A stretch of 33,015 nucleotides of DNA from an uncultured Atopobium sp. (GCA_916048235.1 CAJZGX010000001.1:1-33015), one strand, 5' to 3'. Positions 1 through 9,194 are shown, counted from the first letter of the stretch. Program-made: numbers and translations. Notes: generated by a model from the sequence alone, not told the origin.

Positions 1-2
1 AA

Positions 3-656
3 ATTGTTGAGTATTCAGAAATTCCAATTTTGGGTATCTCTTATGGTCACCTTGGCTTTTTAACTAGTGCAACTCCTCATCAAATGATTAAGATGGTAGC
101 TGATGCTCTTGCTGGAGAGCTCCACGTATCTAGAAGAGCAACACTTGCAATAGAAACAGAGTATGAGCTTCCATCTGGAGAAACTTACGTCGAGAAGACC
201 TTCTCGCTCAATGATTTTGCAGTTTCCAGAGGTGGAGCAGGCGATATGGTTGAGTTTACGGTTTCTGTATCAGGCAACCATATTGATAAGCTTCGCGGTG
301 ATGGTTTTGTTGTTAGTACGGCAACTGGATCCACCGGCTATGCTCTTGCTGCTGGTGGTCCTATTGTTACGCCAGAGTTCTCGGGAATGGTTTGTGTGCC
401 AATCGCACCACATACTATTTTGGCTCGTGCATTCCTTACCTCTCCTTCTGATGTGGTTGAAATTACCATGTCAAAAGATAGACCAGCGACATGTCACTTC
501 TTCTCTGATGGGCAAAACATTAAGCATCCAGAAGAGGGTGTGGCTACCAAAGCTCGTATTAGCCGTGGACCAGGAGATATCATTCTGCTTGATAGAAGCG
601 CTGATAGTTTCTATCGTTCAGTTTCTCGCGTATTTTACGGTAAAACTGGTCAGTAA
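3..656 (+). CDS. nadK: NAD kinase (5'-truncated by the window edge)
   Basis: Frame is open from position 3 (IVEYSEIPILGISYGHLGFL). Motifs G-h-LGFL, LND, GDGFVVSTATGSTGYALAAGGP and PIAPH. Lies directly upstream of recN, the usual synteny. Confidence 0.93.
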   Translation: MVEYSEIPILGISYGHLGFLTSATPHQMIKMVADALAGELHVSRRATLAIETEYELPSGETYVEKTFSLNDFAVSRGGAGDMVEFTVSVSGNHIDKLRGDGFVVSTATGSTGYALAAGGPIVTPEFSGMVCVPIAPHTILARAFLTSPSDVVEITMSKDRPATCHFFSDGQNIKHPEEGVATKARISRGPGDIILLDRSADSFYRSVSRVFYGKTGQ

Positions 657-667
657 GCAGGTCGCAT

Positions 668-2299
668 ATGCTTGATGAACTTCGTGTGCAAAATGTCGCA
701 CTTATTGAAGATGCTTCTCTCGCTCCCGCCTCAGGTTTAACTGTTTTAACAGGAGAGACAGGTGCTGGTAAAACCGCTCTTTTATCTTCCATTAAACTCT
801 TAGTAGGAGAGCGCGCGGATGCTTCTGCAGTAAGAGAAGGAACAGACGCTCTTAGGGTTGAGGCACGCTTTTTTACCTCGCCAGAAGATCAAGAGGGCAT
901 TGTTGTCTCTAGAAAAGTCTCTGCTGATGGTAGAGGCAGGGTAGAGATTGATGGCCACATGGCATCAGTTAAAGAGCTGGCCGGAGGTATTGGAACATCA
1001 ATTGATCTGTGCGGTCAACATGAACATCAAAGGCTGCTTGACGTAAAGAACCATGTCAGCATGTTGGATGCATGGATTGGATCAGATATTCAATCTTGCC
1101 AGACAGAGTATGTAGACGCTCTTCATGCTTACCATGCTGCAATCGCTGAACTTCAACGAGTTATTGAAGTAAGCCAGTCTAGCAATGCAAAGATTGATGA
1201 AGCGGCATTTCTTGTTCAAAGAATTGATGAGGTCTCTCCTAAAGAAGGGGAGCTAGAAGACTTAGAAGAGCAACTTCCTCGGTTTGAGCACGCAGAGGCT
1301 CTTCTTCAAGCTGCAGGAGGAACACATGAGTTGCTCTCAGGAGATGAGGGCGTTATTGATTCTCTCTCTGATGCAGTTCAGATGCTTCAAAGTGCTGCAA
1401 CGTTTGATGCTACGCTAGGTAACTATGCAGAGTCTCTTTCAAGTGCACTTATAGAGATTGAGGATGTTTCTTCAGAGCTCAGAAGCTATGTTGGATCTCT
1501 CGATTTTGATGAAGAAGCTCTTGAAGAGATGCAAAGTCGTATGGCTCGTCTTCAGGGTCTTATGAGAACGTATGGCCCTGGCATGAAAGACGTATTTAAG
1601 AAATACCAGGCAGCTCAAAATCTTCTTGAGGTTACAAGAGACACAGAAAAGCTTGTCCGTGAGGCACAGGCAGAAGTAGATAAAGCAAAAGAAACTCTTA
1701 CCGTAAAGGCTCAGGCACTTAAAAAGGTTCGTGTTGCTGCAGCTCCAAAACTTTGTGATGCTGTTACTAAGCAAATGAGTCATCTGCAGATGGGTTCAGC
1801 TCAGATTGAATTGAACTTTGAAGATCTTCCTTTTGAGCAGTGGAATAAAGTTGGCTCTACAAAGATTGAGCTTATGTATAAGCCTTCAGCTCAGATGACT
1901 GCTCGTCCGCTTAGAAAGATTGCCTCTGGTGGTGAGGTTTCTCGTGTCATGCTCGCATGTAAAGTGGTTCTGGGAGAGTCTGACGTCTGCGATACGCTTG
2001 TATTTGATGAGGTTGACGCTGGCGTTGGTGGAGCTACTGCCGTTGCTCTTGCAGAGGTTTTAGCGCAGCTTGCTAAAACACATCAGGTGATTGTGGTAAC
2101 TCACCTGCCACAGGTTGCTGTTATGGCCTCTAAACAGTATGTAGTCTCAAAGACAGAAGAACATAACGCGCTCCCTATAACTTCTCTTACAGAGGTTTCT
2201 GGTACTCAGAGAGAAGAAGAGATTGCACGCATGCTTTCAGGCTCTATAACTGAGGCTTCTTTGGCTCACGCGCATGAGCTGCTTTCAGAAGCTCGCTAG
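668..2299 (+). CDS. recN: DNA repair protein RecN (SMC-like ATPase)
   Basis: Walker A LTGETGAGKT, GQHEHQ, a long coiled coil, signature IASGGEVSR, Walker B VFDEVDAGVGG and VTHLPQVA; 543 aa. Confidence 0.97.
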   Translation: MLDELRVQNVALIEDASLAPASGLTVLTGETGAGKTALLSSIKLLVGERADASAVREGTDALRVEARFFTSPEDQEGIVVSRKVSADGRGRVEIDGHMASVKELAGGIGTSIDLCGQHEHQRLLDVKNHVSMLDAWIGSDIQSCQTEYVDALHAYHAAIAELQRVIEVSQSSNAKIDEAAFLVQRIDEVSPKEGELEDLEEQLPRFEHAEALLQAAGGTHELLSGDEGVIDSLSDAVQMLQSAATFDATLGNYAESLSSALIEIEDVSSELRSYVGSLDFDEEALEEMQSRMARLQGLMRTYGPGMKDVFKKYQAAQNLLEVTRDTEKLVREAQAEVDKAKETLTVKAQALKKVRVAAAPKLCDAVTKQMSHLQMGSAQIELNFEDLPFEQWNKVGSTKIELMYKPSAQMTARPLRKIASGGEVSRVMLACKVVLGESDVCDTLVFDEVDAGVGGATAVALAEVLAQLAKTHQVIVVTHLPQVAVMASKQYVVSKTEEHNALPITSLTEVSGTQREEEIARMLSGSITEASLAHAHELLSEAR

Positions 2300-2378
2300 A
2301 TTTTTCAGAACTACATGGACATAACAATGTATTTGTTTGGAGATTAAATTTCTCGGCACTATGGGCCTTAAAGCGGAA

Positions 2379-2427
2379 TAATATAAAGACCCGTAGAAAT
2401 GTAATTGGCTAATCTTACCTACGGGAG
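2379..2427 (+). promoter_or_regulatory. Putative pyrG -10 element and leader hairpin covering the SD
   Basis: TAATAT at 2379-2384. CCCGTAG (2390-2396) is the exact complement of CTACGGG (2419-2425), which overlaps the SD GGGAG (2423-2427). Inner pairing GTAA/TTAC. Confidence 0.5.
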
Positions 2428-2433
2428 TAATCC

Positions 2434-4083
2434 ATGACCAAGCACATATTTGTAACGGGTGGCGTTGTTTCCTCTCTTGGAAAAGGAATCACTGCTGCAT
2501 CTCTCGGCCGACTTCTTAAGGCTCGTGGCTATAAGGTCATGATGCAAAAAGCTGACCCATATCTCAATGTTGACCCAGGCACTATGAGTCCTTTCCAGCA
2601 TGGTGAGGTTTTTGTCACTGAGGACGGTAAAGAGACTGACCTTGACCTTGGTCATTATGAGCGCTTTATTGACGAGAATCTTACCAGGGAGTCTAACTTC
2701 ACCACTGGCCTCATTTATCAGTCTTTGATTCAGCGTGAGCGCGCTGGAGACTTCCTTGGCGGAACAGTTCAGGTAATTCCTCATGTAACTGATGCAATTA
2801 AGGCTCGTTTTGCTCGCATTGAAGAGGTTACTAATGCTGATGTAGTCATCACAGAGCTTGGCGGCACTATTGGTGATATTGAGTCTCAGCCTTTTGTTGA
2901 GGCAATTCGCCAGTTTAGAAAAGAGCGTGGCGCAAGCAACGTTGCTATTATTCACGTGAGCCTTGTTCCTTATATTGCTGCTGCTCATGAGGTCAAGACT
3001 AAGCCTACGCAGCACTCCGTAAAAGAGCTTCGTTCCCTTGGTATTCAGCCAGACTTTATCGTGTGCCGTTCTAGCCATTCTGTGGATGAATCTATTCGCG
3101 AGAAAATCGCTAATTTCTGCGACGTTGATGCAGATTGCGTTTTTGAGAACAATGATCTGCCTTCAATTTACGATGTTCCAGCACACCTGGCAGCACAGGG
3201 ATTTGACAAGAAGGTACTTGAGCGCCTTGGTCTTGAAGTCCGTCCAAGTGATCTTGGCAGCTGGGAAGCATTTACTACCGCTATGCATAAGGCAAATGCG
3301 CTTGAAGACACAACAAGAATTTATGTTGTCGGCAAGTATACGCAGCTGCCTGATGCCTACCTTTCTGTTATTGAGGCACTTCACCACTCTGGTATTTTCT
3401 ATGGCAGACACGTTGATATCCGCCTGGTAAATGGTGAAGAGCTGACAGAAGAAGACGTAGAGCAGGAGCTTGCTGGTGCAGATGGCATTTTGGTTCCTGG
3501 CGGCTTTGGTCTTCGCGGCGTAGAGGGCAAGATGGTTGCTATTCGCCGTGCTCGTGAGCTCAAGATTCCTTACCTTGGCGTTTGCCTTGGTATGCAGATG
3601 GCTGTTACTGAGTTTGCTCGTGACGTCTGCGGTATGGAGGGTGCTAATTCAGCAGAGTTTGGTCCAGATACTCCATATCCTGTCATCGATCTTATGCCTG
3701 ATCAGGAGGATATTACTGACAAGGGCGGTACCATGCGCCTTGGTTCTTATCCTTGCAAGGTTGTTGAGGGAACTCTTGCACACGAGGCATATGGCAACAA
3801 CTTGGTTTACGAGCGTCATCGTCACCGCTATGAGGTAAGCAACGTATTCCGTAATCAGCTTGTTGAGGCCGGTTTGGTAGTTTCTGGTGTTTCTCCAGAT
3901 GATCGCCTTGTAGAGATGATTGAGCTCCCAGAGTCTGTTCACCCTTGGTTTGTTGCGAGCCAGGCACATCCAGAGTTCAAGAGCCGTCCAACTTATCCTG
4001 CACCTTTGTTCCGTGAGTTTGCACGTGCAGCAATCGCTCATCATGAGGGTGTTGACCGTCATGATGTAAACCAGTCTCTCTAA
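2434..4083 (+). CDS. pyrG: CTP synthase
   Basis: N-terminal [42 protein letters not shown]; glutaminase motifs [13 protein letters not shown] and HPEF. Confidence 0.99.
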   Translation: MTKHIFVTGGVVSSLGKGITAASLGRLLKARGYKVMMQKADPYLNVDPGTMSPFQHGEVFVTEDGKETDLDLGHYERFIDENLTRESNFTTGLIYQSLIQRERAGDFLGGTVQVIPHVTDAIKARFARIEEVTNADVVITELGGTIGDIESQPFVEAIRQFRKERGASNVAIIHVSLVPYIAAAHEVKTKPTQHSVKELRSLGIQPDFIVCRSSHSVDESIREKIANFCDVDADCVFENNDLPSIYDVPAHLAAQGFDKKVLERLGLEVRPSDLGSWEAFTTAMHKANALEDTTRIYVVGKYTQLPDAYLSVIEALHHSGIFYGRHVDIRLVNGEELTEEDVEQELAGADGILVPGGFGLRGVEGKMVAIRRARELKIPYLGVCLGMQMAVTEFARDVCGMEGANSAEFGPDTPYPVIDLMPDQEDITDKGGTMRLGSYPCKVVEGTLAHEAYGNNLVYERHRHRYEVSNVFRNQLVEAGLVVSGVSPDDRLVEMIELPESVHPWFVASQAHPEFKSRPTYPAPLFREFARAAIAHHEGVDRHDVNQSL

Positions 4084-4111
4084 GCAGAATTTTTACTAGG
4101 GAAGAATACTT

Positions 4112-5020
4112 ATGGACCTCGCTCAGGCGCGTACAGAATTTTTAGCGTACGTTGCTGTTGAGCGAGGTCTTTCTGTAAATACGCTTGATGCCTATACCAG
4201 AGATTTAGAGGGTTATTTGCTTTGGCTGAATGGCAAAAAGATTACTTTGCCCAACCAGGCGACTCGCTCCGATGTTGAAGAGTACATAGGCTCTCTTAGA
4301 GATTTAGGTATGGCTCCAGCTTCGGTTGAGCGCCACACTGCGGCACTTAGAAACTTCCACAAGTTTATGGCTGTTGAGCAAATTTGTGAGTCATCTCCAG
4401 CTGAAGATTTACCTACCGCAGCAAGAATTCAAAGGCTTCCTGATGTTATCTCTCAAGAGAAGGCGGAAGAGCTGCTTGACCAGCCATTTCCTAATTCGCC
4501 TCTAGGTATTCGAGATAGAGCCATACTTGAGCTGCTGTATGGATGCGGCCTTCGTGTGTCTGAGCTTTGCGATCTTGAGGTTCGAGGTGTCCTTCTAGAA
4601 GATGAACTCTTGCGTGTTTTTGGTAAGGGTTCCAAAGAGCGCGTAGTCCCTGTGTTGGGCTCTGCGCATCGTGCACTTAAAACATACCTTTATGAGGCTC
4701 GCTCGCTTTTGCTTAAGCATGGTCAAGTATCCGAGGTGTTTGTAAACGCCAGAGGTGGACGTATTTCTCGCCAGTCGGTACATAAACTGGTGTCAAATTA
4801 CGGCAGGGTAGTGGGGATTGAAGGTTTGCATCCTCACACACTGCGCCACAGTTTTGCCACACACCTTCTAGAGGGTGGCGCTGATCTTCGCTCGGTGCAG
4901 GAGCTTTTGGGACACGTTGATATTTCAACCACGCAGCTCTATACGCACGTAGATAGGTCGCACATTAGAGACGTGTACCTTGAGGCTCACCCAAGAGCCC
5001 ACGTTCACGCGGACAAATAA
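4112..5020 (+). CDS. xerD: Tyrosine recombinase XerD
   Basis: Catalytic motifs LYGCGLRVSEL, GKGSKER, HPHTLRHSFATH and LLGHVDISTTQLY; 302 aa. The position after recN-pyrG is typical of chromosomal xerD in actinobacteria. Confidence 0.88.
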   Translation: MDLAQARTEFLAYVAVERGLSVNTLDAYTRDLEGYLLWLNGKKITLPNQATRSDVEEYIGSLRDLGMAPASVERHTAALRNFHKFMAVEQICESSPAEDLPTAARIQRLPDVISQEKAEELLDQPFPNSPLGIRDRAILELLYGCGLRVSELCDLEVRGVLLEDELLRVFGKGSKERVVPVLGSAHRALKTYLYEARSLLLKHGQVSEVFVNARGGRISRQSVHKLVSNYGRVVGIEGLHPHTLRHSFATHLLEGGADLRSVQELLGHVDISTTQLYTHVDRSHIRDVYLEAHPRAHVHADK

Positions 5021-5048
5021 ACGCGCTTGACGCAAGTGTTGGACAAGC

Positions 5049-5073
5049 GTGGGACAGGTGTGGGGCAAAGTGG
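5049..5073 (+). promoter_or_regulatory. MraZ-box-like direct repeats (GTGG at about 10-bp period)
   Basis: GTGGG at 5049 and 5060, GTGG at 5070 (GTGGGACAGGTGTGGGGCAAAGTGG), in the intergenic region upstream of mraZ. Confidence 0.5.
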
Positions 5074-5231
5074 TGACTGTGTAAAAGCAAGGCGGGGGTT
5101 TGTTTGAGTAACGTGTGATTTTCGCCACGAGTTCACCACAATTTCCTCAAAAATTTTCACTTCATAAAAAATTTAATAAATTGAGTCCAAGACTAAGAAA
5201 ATCCGTTCTTTTGTAGTTCGGATTTTTTTAA

Positions 5232-5247
5232 ACACTACATATTGTGG
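5232..5247. promoter_or_regulatory. NrdR-box-like palindrome
   Basis: ACACTACATATTGTGG matches 14/15 positions of the NrdR consensus acaCwAtATaTwGtg. Only one clear copy. Confidence 0.45.
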
Positions 5248-5307
5248 TCAAAATGTCATATCTCATAGCTACGTTAAACCCCAGCTAGACCATAAGAAAA
5301 ATACTTG

Positions 5308-5357
5308 GTGTTGGAAAGTGTTTTCTAGTGTGTCTAAGTGTCGGAATGAGTTATATT
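5308..5357 (+). promoter_or_regulatory. Putative dcw promoter: four GTGT repeats at exact 10-bp period, then a -10-like TATATT
   Basis: GTGT at 5308, 5318, 5328 and 5338; TATATT at 5352-5357, about 100 nt upstream of the mraZ ATG. Confidence 0.55.
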
Positions 5358-5458
5358 TATTTCACGTTCAATCGACGGACTATGCCCAAGCATTGCCGCG
5401 CACACACAACACAAACACAGCCCGCGCGGCAAGGGGCGCCAACGTGAAAGGGGGAGAC

Positions 5459-5893
5459 ATGCTTACTGGTCAGTATCAGCGTTCGCTGGACTCCAAGATT
5501 CGCGTGACTCTTCCTGCACCTCAGCGCAAGCAGCTTGGCGATGTTGTCATCTTGCTCCGTCGACAGGACGCGCTTTACGGCTACTCACCTGAGGCGTATG
5601 AGGCTTGGATTGCAAGTCTGAACCTCAACCCAAGGAACCGCGACGACGTCACAGCACTTCGCATGCTGAACGCAGCAGCAACAACCGTCGACATTGACTC
5701 GGCCGGCCGCGTTGCTCTGGGAAAGATTGACGAGTCCGATCCACAGGCTAGGGAGAAGCTCCAGCTTGACCGCGACGTCACTATTGTCGGTAACGGCGAC
5801 CACTTTGAGATTTGGAACACCAACAAGTGGAACAGCCTCTTCTCGGCAGATGACCGCGTTGCAACGCTCGAGGACCTCATCTTTGGCGCCTAG
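5459..5893 (+). CDS. mraZ: Division/cell wall cluster transcriptional repressor MraZ
   Basis: Start moved to ATG 5459 (SD AAAGGGGGAG), giving 144 aa. Two AbrB-like repeats with DSKIR and DSAGR, plus GNGDHFEIW. First gene of the dcw cluster. Confidence 0.93.
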   Translation: MLTGQYQRSLDSKIRVTLPAPQRKQLGDVVILLRRQDALYGYSPEAYEAWIASLNLNPRNRDDVTALRMLNAAATTVDIDSAGRVALGKIDESDPQAREKLQLDRDVTIVGNGDHFEIWNTNKWNSLFSADDRVATLEDLIFGA

Positions 5894-5908
5894 TGAGGCG
5901 AGAAGATC

Positions 5909-6892
5909 GTGAAGGTAGAAGACGGTAACTTGAAAGTCGAATATCGGCACCAACCAGTAATGCTTGCAGAAGTGCTGCGCGAGCTGGACCCCAAGCCAGG
6001 TGAAGTTGTTTGCGACTGCACCTTGGGAGGAGCGGGCCACACCGTAGAGATGGCAAAGCTGATTACTCCAGACGGTCTTTCCATTGGAATTGACCAGGAC
6101 GCAATGGCTCATCAAGCAGCAGCTGCTCGCCTGAAGCAAGAAGTACCAAACGCGGAGTTTTTGCCGCTTAAGGGAAACTTTGGCGACCTCGATGAACTTC
6201 TCGTTTCTGCAGAAGTCCCCGGAGTTGACTGTTTCCTCTTTGACATTGGTGTTTCTTCTCCTCAGCTTGATATCCCAGAGCGAGGCTTTTCGTACCACGA
6301 AGATGCCCCGTTGGATATGCGAATGGACCCGGGCAAACAAACTCCAACTGCACAAGAGGTCATCAACACCTATAACGAAGCCGACCTCGCCCGAATCCTT
6401 CGAATTTACGGAGACGAGAAATTTGCCTCACGCATTGCACGACGCATTGTACAAACGCGAGAAAAGCGTCCCATTCAAACGACGCTTGAGCTTGTTGAGG
6501 TAATCAAGGCAGCAATTCCCGCAGCAGCGCGTCGTCACGGCGGACATCCCGCCAGAAAGACGTTCCAAGCACTTCGTATTGAAGTAAACCACGAGCTTGA
6601 GGTTTTGGAGCGCGGACTACGCAGTGCAATTGCCTGGGCTAATCCAGGAGGCAGGATTTGCGTTATCTCGTACCACTCGCTTGAAGATCGCATTGTCAAG
6701 CACGTGTTCTCCGAGCTCAGTCAAGGTTGTATCTGCCCGCCAGACCTTCCGGTTTGTATGTGCGGTCAAGTGCCGATAGTTGACGTGATTACGCGCAAAC
6801 CTCTTGTGGCAACCCCAGAAGAGATAGAGCGCAACCCAAGGGCGAGAAGCGCCCTGATGAGGGTAGCGGTTAAACGCGACCCAGAGAAATGA
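5909..6892 (+). CDS. rsmH: 16S rRNA m4C1402 methyltransferase RsmH (MraW)
   Basis: HQPVML, DCTLGGAGH, DIGVSSPQLD..RGFSY, PLDMRMD, FQALRIEVN, SYHSLEDRIVK, NPRARSA. Alternative TTG start at 5930. Confidence 0.98.
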   Translation: MKVEDGNLKVEYRHQPVMLAEVLRELDPKPGEVVCDCTLGGAGHTVEMAKLITPDGLSIGIDQDAMAHQAAAARLKQEVPNAEFLPLKGNFGDLDELLVSAEVPGVDCFLFDIGVSSPQLDIPERGFSYHEDAPLDMRMDPGKQTPTAQEVINTYNEADLARILRIYGDEKFASRIARRIVQTREKRPIQTTLELVEVIKAAIPAAARRHGGHPARKTFQALRIEVNHELEVLERGLRSAIAWANPGGRICVISYHSLEDRIVKHVFSELSQGCICPPDLPVCMCGQVPIVDVITRKPLVATPEEIERNPRARSALMRVAVKRDPEK

Positions 6893-6950
6893 AGTACCCC
6901 ATAGCACTTGTTGCTTGTTGTTAAGAAGTTTTTGAAGGGATTGAAGTTTA

Positions 6951-7370
6951 ATGGCACGTTACGGATCAGAAGCTGTAGCACGCACAACTCAGTTTGAGCA
7001 TGAGTACGCTCCTGAACAGAGCACTCGCACATCTTTTGAGGTTGTCCCTGGTGGCGGCCTTGATGCTGATGCTCGCCGTGGCGTAAGCAGCCAGTTCATC
7101 CAGCGTGTCAAGCTTATTGCTGTTGCTGCAGCACTCTTTCTGACACTTGGTGTTGTCCGTATTGGCATCTCTACCGCTACGGTTTCTACTCTTCAGGCTA
7201 ATAACGTCATCAGAAATGAAATGCGCGCAACAACTGCAACTAACGATTCCCTGCGCGTTTCTCGCTCCCTGCTTGCAAGCACAACACGCATTGAGCGCAT
7301 TGCTACTCAGAATTATGGTATGACTCTTGAGACAAATCGTCCTGTTGTAGATGTAAGCAACAACGCTTAG
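6951..7370 (+). CDS. ftsL: Cell division protein FtsL-like (bitopic, coiled coil)
   Basis: Single TM segment (LIAVAAALFLTLGVV), then a heptad region and the RIERIATQNYGM motif. Located between rsmH and ftsI. Confidence 0.75.
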   Translation: MARYGSEAVARTTQFEHEYAPEQSTRTSFEVVPGGGLDADARRGVSSQFIQRVKLIAVAAALFLTLGVVRIGISTATVSTLQANNVIRNEMRATTATNDSLRVSRSLLASTTRIERIATQNYGMTLETNRPVVDVSNNA

Positions 7371-7386
7371 GCGTAAAATATACGTT

Positions 7387-9186
7387 GTGAGTACGCAGAA
7401 TCGACATACTCGCGCATCGCGCAGAAAAACTCCTGAGGCCTCGTACGACGAGGCCTCTCGTGTGCATTTTCGTGGTCATCGTGGTAGCAGCGGTGGCTCG
7501 GATGGTGTTGGCCCTGAAGGTAGACTCCGTCGCGTAGCAGCTGCTATGGCCATTATGGTGGCAATTGTTGTTCTTAGGCTTGCTTGGCTGCAAATCTTTA
7601 CGGCAGCAGATCTTGCAAAGGGCGCCGAGAATAACCGCACCAACGATATTGTCTTGCACGCTCGTCGCGGCACCATTTACGACCGCAACGGCAACGTCTT
7701 AGCCATGAGCGTTGACTGCAAAGACATCTATGCCAATCCTTCAGAGATTAAAGATGCAAGCTCCGTAGCTCAGGTTTTTGCCTCGCTCTTAGGCGGAAGC
7801 CCTTCAGACTACCTTGGAGACCTGCAGCAAGACACCACCTTTGTCTACGTGCGTCGTCGTGTTGACACCGATACCGCTTCTAAGATTGAAAAAGCACTTG
7901 ACGAGAAAAACCTCAAGGGCGTCTATTTTGTTAACAACACCAAGCGTGTCTATCCCTATGGCAACGTCGGCGTTCAGATTCTGGGCTTTGTAAACGCTGA
8001 TAACGAGGGCGCTTCCGGTCTTGAGTATTACTACAACGATATCCTTGCAGGTACTAATGGCCACATGATAGTTGAGACCGGCGCTGGTGGTACGCCAATT
8101 GCTGGCGGTACCTCAAACATCACTGAGGCACAAAATGGACAGGACATTGTTCTTTCCATTGATATTGAGCTGCAGAAGAAGGCAGAAGAACAGCTTACTG
8201 CCGCAGTCAAAGACATTGAAGCCCAGCAGGGTGGCTCAATCATGGCCATGAATCCTCGTACCGGAGAAATCTATGCTGCCGCTTCGTACCCTCTGCCAGA
8301 TTTTAAGAGCGATAACGGCGTTGACTACGAATCCCTCAACCTCAAGCTCGTCTCAAGTATCTATGAGCCTGGCTCGGTATTTAAGGTAATTACCACCTCA
8401 ATTGGTATAGACAACAACCTCTTTGGTCCGAATTCAACCTTCAACATTCCATCCGAGCTCAAGGTTGGCGATAACAAGGTTACCGACGATGACTGGCGTA
8501 CCAGCGCCATGGACATGAGCGTAAGAGAGATGCTCAGACGTTCCTCCAACGTTGGTATGGCCTTCCTCGAGACACAGCTCATAGGTGATGAGCGCTTTGC
8601 AGCAGGAATTGATAAGTTTGGCATAGGTCACACCACGGGCATTGACTTCCCTGGTGAAGCTACAGGAATTGTCCGCTCTCTGGATGAATATGAAGGCCCA
8701 ACCGGTGGAAACATGGCGTTTGGTCAGGGTCTTGCAATCCCATTTATCCAGGTCATTCGCGCATATACCGCTGTTGCTAATAAGGGAACTATGGTGACTC
8801 CACACTTTATGGTTTCTAAGGGCGGTCAAGAGGTTACCTGGCCTACTAAAGACGTTATTTCCGCTTCCACAGCTTCGGCCGAGCTTGACATGATGACTAC
8901 CGTTGTCAAAGAGGGCACCGGTGTTCGTGCAGGTATCTATGGCTATACCGTTGCTGGTAAAACAGGTACGGGCCAGCAGGTTGTGGAAGAAACCGGCTCG
9001 TACGGCGAGAATTCCGGTTTTGTTGCTTCCTTCTGCGGTATCGTGAATCCATCAGAATCTGATTTGATGGTTTACGTTGGACTTAACGATACCAACCAGC
9101 TTGCATCGCAGTCTGCCGCTGTGGTTTTCTCGCAATTTGCAAAAGACGCAGCCACACGCCTTAATATTCAACCAATCAATAACTAG
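7387..9186 (+). CDS. ftsI: Class B penicillin-binding protein (FtsI/PBP3)
   Basis: TM anchor, RRGTIYDRNG, RVYPYG and GLEYYYN; transpeptidase motifs SVFK, SSN and KTG. No PASTA domains evident. Confidence 0.92.
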   Translation: MSTQNRHTRASRRKTPEASYDEASRVHFRGHRGSSGGSDGVGPEGRLRRVAAAMAIMVAIVVLRLAWLQIFTAADLAKGAENNRTNDIVLHARRGTIYDRNGNVLAMSVDCKDIYANPSEIKDASSVAQVFASLLGGSPSDYLGDLQQDTTFVYVRRRVDTDTASKIEKALDEKNLKGVYFVNNTKRVYPYGNVGVQILGFVNADNEGASGLEYYYNDILAGTNGHMIVETGAGGTPIAGGTSNITEAQNGQDIVLSIDIELQKKAEEQLTAAVKDIEAQQGGSIMAMNPRTGEIYAAASYPLPDFKSDNGVDYESLNLKLVSSIYEPGSVFKVITTSIGIDNNLFGPNSTFNIPSELKVGDNKVTDDDWRTSAMDMSVREMLRRSSNVGMAFLETQLIGDERFAAGIDKFGIGHTTGIDFPGEATGIVRSLDEYEGPTGGNMAFGQGLAIPFIQVIRAYTAVANKGTMVTPHFMVSKGGQEVTWPTKDVISASTASAELDMMTTVVKEGTGVRAGIYGYTVAGKTGTGQQVVEETGSYGENSGFVASFCGIVNPSESDLMVYVGLNDTNQLASQSAAVVFSQFAKDAATRLNIQPINN

Positions 9187-9194
9187 GAGAGCTC

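Noticed and set aside
2363..2366. GGGC as a B. subtilis-type reiterative-transcription start for pyrG
   Set aside because: No properly spaced -10, and no U-tailed attenuator hairpin in the leader.
4112..5020. Tyrosine recombinase as a phage or island integrase
   Set aside because: Length, motifs and recN-pyrG synteny fit housekeeping XerD; no att repeats or cargo genes nearby.
5318..5458. 47-aa N-terminal extension of MraZ in the ORF track
   Set aside because: It overlaps the promoter repeats; the strong SD and normal MraZ length point to ATG 5459.
5021..5458. CRISPR array or small ORF in the long intergenic region
   Set aside because: Repeats are 4-5 bp at 10-bp period, not repeat-spacer units; no credible ORF with an SD.
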